Source: Bdellovibrionales bacterium
Lineage (GTDB): Bacteria; Bdellovibrionota; Bdellovibrionia; Bdellovibrionales; JAMPXM01
Reading direction: 5' to 3'
Length of the DNA stretch: 64,000 bases
Assembly (NCBI GenBank): GCA_005808505.1
Contig: SYLX01000099.1
Span: forward strand, 12,380-76,379
Made by a program: the position numbers and the translations under genes
In this document: positions 27,431 to 35,299 of the stretch, one piece after another
Layout: each line of letters begins with the position of its first letter
Numbering within the stretch: position 1 is the stretch's first letter
The notes under the pieces: generated by a model
What the model was told of the DNA's origin: nothing
Databases searched by the model: none
Seen by the model: only the letters and a program-made list of their open reading frames with translations

Positions 27431-27586
27431 TCAAGAAGGAAGCACCGCGCGCGTGTAGGTCGTTATCCAAGCTGCCGTCGCGATCAGAAGAAGAACGACC
27501 GTGACGACGAGCATCCAGCCGCGACCGCGGCGACTCGTGTTACTGCGTTGAAGAGGGCTTTTACCGTTTTTGGTCTTAGTTGACAT
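27431..27586 (-). CDS. possible 51-aa single-pass membrane peptide
   Basis: Hand translated: MSTKTKNGKSPLQRSNTSRRGRGWMLVVTVVLLLIATAAWITTYTRAVLPS. GAGGA lies 7 nt upstream of the ATG. It is below the 60-aa cutoff of the track and lies 66 nt upstream of the thioredoxin-like gene on the same strand. Confidence 0.35.
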   Translation of the reverse strand: MSTKTKNGKSPLQRSNTSRRGRGWMLVVTVVLLLIATAAWITTYTRAVLPS

Positions 27587-27724
27587 TTCAAGGTCCTCTA
27601 ATTTCATCGAGTTTCATATGCGGTGGTCAAAACGACCGTTAAAAAAGGGCTGCGATCTTCGTGATGGCAGCCTCTCTTCAAACAAGGGATCTTCCTGAAG
27701 CCCTAGAACTGAGTCGAATCGTTT

Positions 27725-28456
27725 TTACTTCGTGATGACCATCACGACAGCGCGCGACACTTTGCCTGTAAGGCTGTTTGCGTCGTTACCTGTCACGCCT
27801 GCGTTTTCCATTGAGCGCTTCAACCGAGCGTCATCTGTGTTGAAGAAGTTAGAGATAGCGCCCGAACGCTCAGCCATGTTGAGCGTATCGACGTCGGATA
27901 CTGCGAGTTCCGAGCGGATGAAATTCGAGATCGCGTCAGCGCGTTTCTTTGCGAGTTCACGGTCTGCCTTCGGAAGCGCTTTCTTTGCGTCAGAAGGGTA
28001 AGCGGCGTCAGCCCACGCGAGAACTTTTACGTCTTCAATTTGGCCCTGTGCTTTTACTTGGTTGATCATGTTCGCGAGCGCTGAACGATGACCTTCTGAG
28101 AGGACGAACGAATTTTTGTCGAAATTGACTTCAACAACGTTCGAAGCTTTAGCTTCGCGAGCAGCAGTTACCGTGTCCGCCGAAGGGATCGAGGAAACTT
28201 CGTCCGCTTTCTTTTCTACGCTGCTGCACGCAACGCCGCCAAGACCCATGGCCGTTGCGAGGCCGATCCAAGCGAGACCGTTGAGAGTCGTTTTGCGACC
28301 CGTGACGAGGCTGGCGACAAAGCTAATAACGGCAAGAACGAGGAAGACCATCAAAAGGGTTTGGCCGATGTCCATCGACACGCCGGCAAAGCCAGTTGCA
28401 CCGAAGAGCATTGCAACAAGAGCCAATACGAAAAATGCGATCGCAGCACGTAACAC
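27725..28456 (-). CDS. fusion protein: UPF0391/DUF1328 membrane module plus OmpA-like C-terminal domain
   Basis: Residues 1-55 (MLRAAIAFFVLALVAMLFGATGFAGVSMDIGQTLLMVFLVLAVISFVASLVTGRK) match the YtjA/DUF1328 pattern. A third hydrophobic segment follows, ending in a lipobox-like LGGVAC. After that comes VEVNFDKNSFVLSEG...LAKKRADAISNFI, which is OmpA_C-like. Confidence 0.65.
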   Translation of the reverse strand: MLRAAIAFFVLALVAMLFGATGFAGVSMDIGQTLLMVFLVLAVISFVASLVTGRKTTLNGLAWIGLATAMGLGGVACSSVEKKADEVSSIPSADTVTAAREAKASNVVEVNFDKNSFVLSEGHRSALANMINQVKAQGQIEDVKVLAWADAAYPSDAKKALPKADRELAKKRADAISNFIRSELAVSDVDTLNMAERSGAISNFFNTDDARLKRSMENAGVTGNDANSLTGKVSRAVVMVITK

Positions 28457-28691
28457 GAGAAACCTCCAGGTTGTTGAAAGTCGGAAAATGCAAAAGAGCT
28501 AAGCAGAGCGCAATCAAGCGCATTTGTGCTTTCAGAACCTGAATGAGCAGCAAGCGTGCCGCGATTAAATCGAATTTAAACGGAGAAAACGAATTTAGTA
28601 CGGGTCAGAAGCGGTACGTTCGTCCCACTTTGGCTGCGCCGAAGTGGAAAATTTCCCCATCGGCTGGGAATGAGTGAAAGAGCTCGCGCAG

Positions 28692-29624
28692 TTAACTTTG
28701 ATCGTAAACGAATCGAATGAAAGAGGGGATATCGAAGGCGCAATGCGGACCCGTGACCTCGTGATAATCGATCGACATGGCAGGACGTAAATCAGCGCGC
28801 CTTTTAAACTCCCGCGATCCCTCAAGGAAGCCGACTTGATCCTGGCGCCCCACGGAAAGAAATAGAGGCAGCCCATCGTACCGACCCTGGTCTAAGAGGG
28901 TAAAGGGATTGTTCGCGGTCCATACTTCGTCGGTCGACAAAGATTGTTTATAATAGACGAGCGCTTTTTCGAAGAACTCCCGATCAAGAACATTTTTGTT
29001 CCGTTCGATGTACGCATCTACTTCACTCTGGCGGTGACCGTTGAAGGTCGCGAGTGCAGGGCAGAGAGCCGCGACGGCCCTGAAGGTTCCCGGTTTTTCT
29101 GCGGCAATCCGTAGTGAGTTGTGCCCTCCCATCGAGCCGCCGATCGCTACGCGACGGACCGTCTTTCCTGGCGCGATGAGGTTCTCAACCGAAGGCAGGC
29201 CGCGAGCGACGATCTCTTCCGTGTTGGGGCCGAACACTCCTGTCGAACCAAGGGATAAACTGGCGATGATCGGGAGTCGTAATCCGAAGATCGCTTTTAA
29301 AGCTTCAAAAAGTCTTTGATCGGGCCCGGAGAAAAGGTCATCCACGCTCCCGTAAAGTCCATGGAAGTAATAGATAATCGTAACCTCAGGAGTGCTGGCG
29401 TTCGCTTGGCGTGTCAGGTCTCGGAAGCAATACTGAAGTTGCTCGCCTTCGAGTGGAACAAAACCGCACTCACTTGACGTGGGCTGAGCCTTCGGTATTT
29501 CTGCAGGCCTTGCCGTCGGGCCGCTCTCGTTGGACTTTGCTTGGTCACTCCCGCGGGCGCATGCGCTGATGAAGAAAAAACTGATGAGAAGGAGAGCGAG
29601 TTTCGGTTTCGGATGGGGTCTCAT
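28692..29624 (-). CDS. lipoprotein esterase (alpha/beta hydrolase, esterase-D-like)
   Basis: Lipobox FFFISAC, GGSMGGH nucleophile elbow and YYFHGLYGS. Confidence 0.7.
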   Translation of the reverse strand: MRPHPKPKLALLLISFFFISACARGSDQAKSNESGPTARPAEIPKAQPTSSECGFVPLEGEQLQYCFRDLTRQANASTPEVTIIYYFHGLYGSVDDLFSGPDQRLFEALKAIFGLRLPIIASLSLGSTGVFGPNTEEIVARGLPSVENLIAPGKTVRRVAIGGSMGGHNSLRIAAEKPGTFRAVAALCPALATFNGHRQSEVDAYIERNKNVLDREFFEKALVYYKQSLSTDEVWTANNPFTLLDQGRYDGLPLFLSVGRQDQVGFLEGSREFKRRADLRPAMSIDYHEVTGPHCAFDIPSFIRFVYDQS

Positions 29625-29654
29625 TTCAGCTGCCTCCCGGTTGGAAAGCAGAGA

Positions 29655-29852
29655 CTAAGACTTTGCCTCAGGCGTCGCACTTGATTTTTTGGTCACAGGG
29701 GGCTTCTCACGTAAAGCGCTAAGCACAATGCCAAGAATACCGAAGGTAAAAAATCCGGCTACGATGGGGTCGCCATCGAATTTGTAAAAGGCATAGCCTG
29801 CCATGAGGCAGGCTAGGGTGAGTGTCAAAGCCTTCAGCGATTTCCAATTCAC
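29655..29852 (-). CDS. small two-TM membrane protein translationally coupled to the ABC-F gene
   Basis: 65-aa ORF. Its GTG start overlaps the TGA stop of the ABC-F gene (GTGA). It has two hydrophobic segments and a basic C-terminal tail. Confidence 0.5.
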   Translation of the reverse strand: MNWKSLKALTLTLACLMAGYAFYKFDGDPIVAGFFTFGILGIVLSALREKPPVTKKSSATPEAKS

Positions 29853-31450
29853 GCGGTGGCCACCGGCTTTTTCAGATCGATGTATTCATCGTAGCTCATC
29901 GTTCGATCGTCGATGATCGTTTGTTCGATCTCGATGATTCGATTCGCAACGGTTTGGATGAACTCGTGGTCGTGCGAAGTAAAGATCACGTTGCCCTTGA
30001 AGCGGACTATGCCTTCGTTTACGGCGCTAATGCTTTCTAGATCCAAGTGCGCGGTCGGTCCATCAAGCAAAAGAACGTTTGCTCCCGAGAGCATCATCTT
30101 TGCGAGCATGCAGCGAACTTTCTCGCCTCCAGAGAAAACTTTTGGTTTTTTGAGAGCTTCATCGCGACTAAACAGCATTTTGCCTAAGAATCCCCGAATG
30201 AAGGACTCGTCTTTCTCTTCGGAGTATTGTCGGAGCCAGTCGACAAGTGTAGCCGCATCCGAGTCGAAAAGTTTTGAATTATCACTTGGGAAGTACGTCT
30301 GAGTGGTCGTGATACCCCAGGAAACCGTCCCCGAATCTGGCAGAAGTTCTCCAGCGAGGATCTCCATCAAAGTCGTCTTTGCGATGTCGTTTCTCCCGAG
30401 AAGAACGATCTTCTCGCCCTTCTGCATCCGGAAGCTCACATTTCTCAGAACAACTTCGCCGTTGATCGATTTGCTCAAATTTTCGACCGTGAGAATGTCG
30501 TTTCCGGCTTCGCGCTTCGGATCAAAGCCGACGAAAGGTTGTTTACGACTCGAGACGGGAAGTTCACTCATGTCGAGCTTTTCGAGCTGCTTCTGGCGAG
30601 AAGAAGCTTGACGCGATTTCGAGGCGTTCGCGCTAAAGCGCTGAATGAAGCTCTTGAGTTCTTCGGCCTTGTCCGCATTCTTCTTGTTCTGGTCAGACCG
30701 CAAACGCATGTTGAGCTCACTTGCTTTCCTCCAGAAGTCGTAGTTACCGGTGAAAACTGTGATTTTTGAGAAATCGATATCGGCGATATGCGTGCAGACC
30801 TTATTTAGAAAGTGCCGATCGTGCGAAACGACGATGACCGTATTCTGAAAGTTGAAGAGGAATTCTTCAAGCCACTGAATGGCGTAGATATCCAAGTGGT
30901 TCGTCGGTTCGTCTAGGAGCAAGACATCCGGTTGGCCGAAGAGAGCTTGCGCTAAGAGGACTTTGATCTTCTGCGCGGGTTCAAGCTCTTTCAATAGCTT
31001 CTCGTGAAGAGATACCGGAACGCCCAGACCTTCAAGCATGGAGCCGGCCTCAGCTTCCGCTTCCCAACCGTTCAATTCCGCAAATTGAGTTTCAAGCTCA
31101 GACGCCCGAACGCCGTCCGCTTCGCTGAAATCAGCTTTGGCGTAAAGACGGTCTTTCTCCTCCATGATGGCGAACAATTTCGAGTTGCCGCGAAGGACGG
31201 TTTTCAAGACAGGAATTTCGTCGTACTCGAAATGGTTCTGCTTGAGCACCGATAAACGAAGGTCAGAGTTCATGTGAACTTCACCGGTGTTCGGATCAAC
31301 CTCACCAGAGAGAATTTTGAGAAACGTCGATTTCCCCGCGCCGTTGGCGCCGATGAGTCCGTAACAATTTCCGGGAGTGAACTTAACGTTCACGTCTTCA
31401 AAGAGTTTCTTCCCGCCAAAGCGCAGGCTGATATTTGAGGTGCTGATCAT
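29849..31450 (-). CDS. ybiT: ABC-F family ATPase, YbiT-like
   Basis: Collinear with my memory of E. coli YbiT. Two ABC cassettes (GANGAGKST; LSGGEK), no TM domain, and the linker SFIQRFSANASKSRQASSRQKQLEK. Confidence 0.85.
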   Translation of the reverse strand: MISTSNISLRFGGKKLFEDVNVKFTPGNCYGLIGANGAGKSTFLKILSGEVDPNTGEVHMNSDLRLSVLKQNHFEYDEIPVLKTVLRGNSKLFAIMEEKDRLYAKADFSEADGVRASELETQFAELNGWEAEAEAGSMLEGLGVPVSLHEKLLKELEPAQKIKVLLAQALFGQPDVLLLDEPTNHLDIYAIQWLEEFLFNFQNTVIVVSHDRHFLNKVCTHIADIDFSKITVFTGNYDFWRKASELNMRLRSDQNKKNADKAEELKSFIQRFSANASKSRQASSRQKQLEKLDMSELPVSSRKQPFVGFDPKREAGNDILTVENLSKSINGEVVLRNVSFRMQKGEKIVLLGRNDIAKTTLMEILAGELLPDSGTVSWGITTTQTYFPSDNSKLFDSDAATLVDWLRQYSEEKDESFIRGFLGKMLFSRDEALKKPKVFSGGEKVRCMLAKMMLSGANVLLLDGPTAHLDLESISAVNEGIVRFKGNVIFTSHDHEFIQTVANRIIEIEQTIIDDRTMSYDEYIDLKKPVATA

Positions 31451-31910
31451 AAAGCTCGCACTGTCTTTCTAAATTTTAGTGAGGTGGAACGAGTTTTACG
31501 CTGAGCAGCTGCAAAGATCAATGGCCGCGGGCCGAGGAAGAGGCTTCAACGAGTCAGAATGATTCGAGGGCCGAGTTAACGAGATGTTTGCGTATGTTAA
31601 TCACCCTGCGCAAAAGTGCGCACTTCTTTTGCGGATCACCACACTTCAGGCCGCAAGCAGCTTTTTCGAGGCTTGACTCCGAAGAGTCGCTTCGAAGATT
31701 CCATACCTTGAAAGCATCAATGGTTTTGAGTTGTTAGCAGAGTTAGCTTGAGTAAGTCGAAAAGGTTTGTTGTGCAGGCAGTGAGCGACAGCCGCGCATT
31801 GGGTTCGCTAAAAGCAACGCCCAACCAAATGAAAAGCTCAACTGAGAAGCTTAAGAGAGAAATAGAAAAACAAGTTGATGAGAGAAGCCCTATAACGAAG
31901 CGACGAGACC

Positions 31911-32348
31911 ATGCAATTTGAACAAAGAGGATCGACTACGCCAACAAGTGAAGCCCTACGAGGTCTGAAAGTCTTGTTGATCGAAGATATGCTGGATGCT
32001 CGTGCCCTCTTTAGTCGGATGATTCGTCGAGCCGGCGGTGAAGTGGAGGCCGCAGCTTCAGCCGAAGAGGCTTGGCAGCTTTTGCCAGGTTATGATCCCG
32101 ATGTGATCGTTAGCGATATCGGTTTGCCGGATGAGGACGGCTGCGCCTTCATGAGGAGATTTCGTGAGCATGAAGAATCGCGAGGGACGCACACACCCGC
32201 AGTGGCGGTGACGGCTTTTACCCACTATTTTGACCGAGTTCGGCAAGCGGGGTTTGACGGATATCTATCAAAACCGACCACACGATCGGCGCTTATTGAA
32301 TCCATTATCGATGCGATGGCGGCATCTGCTGCTTATGTTCGAAGTTAA
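31911..32348 (+). CDS. single-domain response regulator (CheY-like receiver)
   Basis: VLLIEDM, VIVSDIGLPDEDG, AVTAFT and YLSKP. All canonical receiver residues are present. Confidence 0.85.
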   Translation: MQFEQRGSTTPTSEALRGLKVLLIEDMLDARALFSRMIRRAGGEVEAAASAEEAWQLLPGYDPDVIVSDIGLPDEDGCAFMRRFREHEESRGTHTPAVAVTAFTHYFDRVRQAGFDGYLSKPTTRSALIESIIDAMAASAAYVRS

Positions 32349-32383
32349 ACTTCGATCGATGCCGAAATGGCCTTACGAAAGAT

Positions 32384-32707
32384 TCAGGAAGCCGCGCTGA
32401 ATCGCTCTGGTGCTAAGCTTGATGTTGCAACTGACGGCGAATTCTCTAGGCGCGCAAACGGGAGCCAGATGTCTTTGAGTAAAACCTGGTTCACGCGGCA
32501 CCGCGCCTTCACAACTAAAATTGTTTGATTGTTCGCATCGACGGCGAAAATCGGTTTTCCGATCGCCATCACCGGGACGCCTTTGAGAAGTTCGCTGCCG
32601 TCACCGAGAAGCTCAAAGTGATTACTACCATCGGGCGCTCGGCGCAGCTGACCAATGCGTGTATTCGCGACTAAGATGCATGCCCAAGGTTTGACGATTT
32701 TTAACAT
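32384..32707 (-). CDS. hypothetical protein
   Basis: 107-aa ORF with GGAG 7 nt upstream of the ATG. No family recognised. Confidence 0.4.
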   Translation of the reverse strand: MLKIVKPWACILVANTRIGQLRRAPDGSNHFELLGDGSELLKGVPVMAIGKPIFAVDANNQTILVVKARCRVNQVLLKDIWLPFARLENSPSVATSSLAPERFSAAS

Positions 32708-32981
32708 TTGCCGGCTCCGAGCCTTTTTGCCTGTTGAACTTCTAACTCAAGACTACCAGGGATCAGAATCTGGCACAGCAAAGCCAACCACTTTTGCCTC
32801 GTGTCTGAAGGCGAGAGCTTCGACCGAGCTGCCGTCTAAATCGTATTTATGGGGTTTCGGAGCGTGGGGATCGCGATTCTGCACGAGATCTTAAGAGCGC
32901 CTGAACGAAGAAAAAACTTCGGCCGATTTCATTTTGAGATTTCGCCGAGATCTCAACAATCTGAGAGCGACTAGCTGAAGA

Positions 32982-33689
32982 TTAAGACTCGATCTGCAGC
33001 CGGTAACCGAGGCTTCGTACGGTTTCAATTTTCAGGTTTGGTCTCTCGAGCTTTTTCCGCAGCGACGTGATGTGAACATCGATCGTCCGTGTTGAAACGC
33101 GCGGTGTTTTAAGGGCTAACGCTAAAAGATCTTCGCGTTTAACGACGCCGCCGGCTTTTCTCGCAAGAACTTCCAAGATTCGAAACTCGGTAAGAGTTAA
33201 ACTGATTGGCTGGTCCTCAACGAAGACCCGGAACGAAGATGTGTAAATCCTCAGGGGACCAACCTTGATGATATCTTCGTCTTCAGTCGTCGCATCCGTG
33301 CCGTAGGCAAGGCGCCGTGCAAGGGCTAACACTCGCGCACGGAGTTCTGCGGGAGAAATGGGACAAGAAACGACGTCATCGGCGCCGGCTTCAAGAAGCT
33401 GCGCTTTGTCTTCGGATTCTCCGCCCTTGGAATAGATAATGAGTCCTGCCGATTTGAGATCCTCATCCCCACGGAGGGCGCGGATGAAAGCCGTTCCGCC
33501 AGCGGAAGCCTTCTGAACCTTGGCTAAAACGACATGCGGTTCTTCCATGGCGCCAAAAACTGCGGCTCGGTCGAAGACCTCGCCTGCAGGAAGTTGCACT
33601 TCTTTGAGCGTCAACTCCGAGTACGGAGCGAGTATTTGCGACAGCTCTCGGGTGTCGTCAGGTGCTATGGCGGCAATCAAGATGTTCAT
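32982..33689 (-). CDS. OmpR/PhoB-type winged-helix regulator with a degenerate receiver domain
   Basis: The C-terminus LTLTEFRILEVLARKAGGVVKREDLL...TIDVHITSLRKKL...TVRSLGYRL is a typical Trans_reg_C domain. In the receiver, the phospho-acceptor position reads VVLAKV (Lys, not Asp) and the conserved Lys position reads SCPI. I chose the start at ATG 33689. Confidence 0.8.
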   Translation of the reverse strand: MNILIAAIAPDDTRELSQILAPYSELTLKEVQLPAGEVFDRAAVFGAMEEPHVVLAKVQKASAGGTAFIRALRGDEDLKSAGLIIYSKGGESEDKAQLLEAGADDVVSCPISPAELRARVLALARRLAYGTDATTEDEDIIKVGPLRIYTSSFRVFVEDQPISLTLTEFRILEVLARKAGGVVKREDLLALALKTPRVSTRTIDVHITSLRKKLERPNLKIETVRSLGYRLQIES

Positions 33690-33902
33690 CTGACCGTTGC
33701 GTCCAAATTTCTCGGACTTCACAGAGTGGTAAACCCGGAGAAGTGTGGTTAAGAGAAACTAAGCTACACCTTCTGGGGTAGATGGAATGAGGAGAGGTGT
33801 CAATCAGGCTAAAGCCAGTAATCTCAAGCTTTTACATTGGCTTAACCAAATGCTTGGACGACCTTGATGATCGGTTAAGACCGACCGTTTATTTCTTAAA
33901 TC

Positions 33903-34283
33903 TCAGCCGGATTTCGCTAAAGCGCTCATGATCCGGAAGGTCAGAGCGGACGGAGCGAAAGGTTTGGCGAGAAAGCCCGTGGCTCCTAGTTTTTTGGCGT
34001 GAGCATCGTTCAGCTTGGAATCTCCGCTCATCAAAAAGACGGGGAGCTCGCCTCCGCTTGAGCGAATGGCTTCCAAAACGCCTAATCCGTCTCCGTGAGG
34101 CATCTGAAGATCAACGACGACCGCGGCGAAGGCCCCATCCTCTTCGAGCAGTCTAACGGCTTCTAGGCCACCAAATGCGGTGCAAACTTCGAAGCCCGCA
34201 CGTTGGAGCTGGAAGGAGAGATAGTTAATCAGGTCAACGCTGTCGTCGACCAGTAGAACTCGTGGAATTCGGGCTGTTGCCAT
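33903..34283 (-). CDS. single-domain response regulator (CheY-like receiver)
   Basis: VLLVDDS, VVVDLQMPHGDG, FLMSGDS and FLAKPF. Confidence 0.85.
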   Translation of the reverse strand: MATARIPRVLLVDDSVDLINYLSFQLQRAGFEVCTAFGGLEAVRLLEEDGAFAAVVVDLQMPHGDGLGVLEAIRSSGGELPVFLMSGDSKLNDAHAKKLGATGFLAKPFAPSALTFRIMSALAKSG

Positions 34284-34428
34284 TACTTAATCGTAAGCCG
34301 TTCAAGCACAGGCGTTGGGAAAAAATCCGTCAGAGTTCATGAATTTCATAATTCCCCCGACTAATGACGAGCTGGGGCGGTCAATCTTCGCTACGTAAAG
34401 CACGTTGCTTTGACGACTGTTGATTTTC

Positions 34429-34548
34429 TGGCGCAACAGTAAAGTGAACCATTTCGAGCCTCGTTACGAGGTGAAACGCCTGTCTTTCGTGGCGCAACAG
34501 AACCTGTGAGAGTTTAGAGGGTTTGTTCCGGCCCGCTGGCGCAGACAG
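34429..34548 (+). repeat. three direct copies of TGGCGCA(A/G)ACAG in a 543-bp non-coding gap
   Basis: The copies lie at 34429-34439, 34490-34500 (both TGGCGCAACAG, both preceded by TTTC-N) and 34537-34548 (TGGCGCAGACAG). Confidence 0.8.
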
Positions 34549-34826
34549 TTTTTGTTCTCCTTCCTCATCATCAAAACTTATTTATAAACAACTGGCGACG
34601 AATCGAGGCTCGTTGGCTCGGAGATAAATTTTTGACTCGTGCAATATCAGTCAAATTTGTTTAGTTGAAGTTGGTTTAGTCTGTTGAGCCAAGGAAGGTT
34701 CGAAGCACACCGAACAGGCTTGACGAAACCGGTGAATGAAACAGATTTTGTCATTCGACTGGCTCGGTCTTAACGAATTATAAATAATTCAGGAGTGCAT
34801 AAACTGATCTGAAGGAGGGTGCTCAG

Positions 34827-35225
34827 ATGAATGATTCCAACACGCCATACCACATCCGTCTACTTGCGACAGAATTGAAGACGAGGCAAGCTCGCAATCC
34901 ACGCTATTCTCTTAGAGCTTTCTCTAAGTACCTGAACTTGGATCCAAGTTCTTTAAGCCGCCTACTTTCGAATAAACAAGAGCTTTCGCTCGCCGCATAC
35001 GCAACGATTCTGCAAAAGCTTGAGCTTTCTGAAGAGGAATCCGGCCGGTTTATCACGTCCGTTGCGGAAGACAAAATGCATAAAGCCGCTCAGATGCTCG
35101 CAAATCTCCTAGTTAAGAGCCAGATCCGTTGCGCGGACGCGATCAAAGCGCATGTGACCAATCAGTTTGGTGCATCGGCGTCGTATCCCATCAATCCGGG
35201 CGTCGGCCTCGCGCCGGCACACTGA
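34827..35225 (+). CDS. short paralogue of the TIGR02147-like HTH N-terminal region
   Basis: GGAGGG upstream of the ATG. RNPRYSLRAFSKYLNLDPSSLSRLLSNKQELS...LELSEEESGRF aligns by eye with residues 1-75 of the product of 1813..2568. It lacks the C-terminal two-thirds. Confidence 0.5.
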   Translation: MNDSNTPYHIRLLATELKTRQARNPRYSLRAFSKYLNLDPSSLSRLLSNKQELSLAAYATILQKLELSEEESGRFITSVAEDKMHKAAQMLANLLVKSQIRCADAIKAHVTNQFGASASYPINPGVGLAPAH

Positions 35226-35299
35226 TATAAAGCTCACTGTTCATTCCTTGACCCTCCCTCCTGCCAAGGCCTACAAGCAGGAGGAAAAGGGAAAATGAA

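Noticed and set aside
27279-27470. 63-aa track ORF on the minus strand between the small TM peptide ORF and the thioredoxin-like gene.
   Set aside because: It overlaps both the 5' end of the thioredoxin-like gene and the hand-found 51-aa ORF in other frames. It has no export signal or motif.
31829-31921. 30-aa ORF (MKSSTEKLKREIEKQVDERSPITKRRDHAI) overlapping the start of the response regulator gene.
   Set aside because: It has no Shine-Dalgarno and is highly charged and low-complexity. It overlaps the well-supported ATG at 31911 out of frame. Probably fortuitous.
34429-34548. Considered the TGGCGCAACAG repeats as sigma-54 promoters (TGGCAC-N5-TTGC).
   Set aside because: No GC dinucleotide or TTGC element sits at the required +10/+11 spacing after the GG in any copy. 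Three tandem promoters would also be odd.
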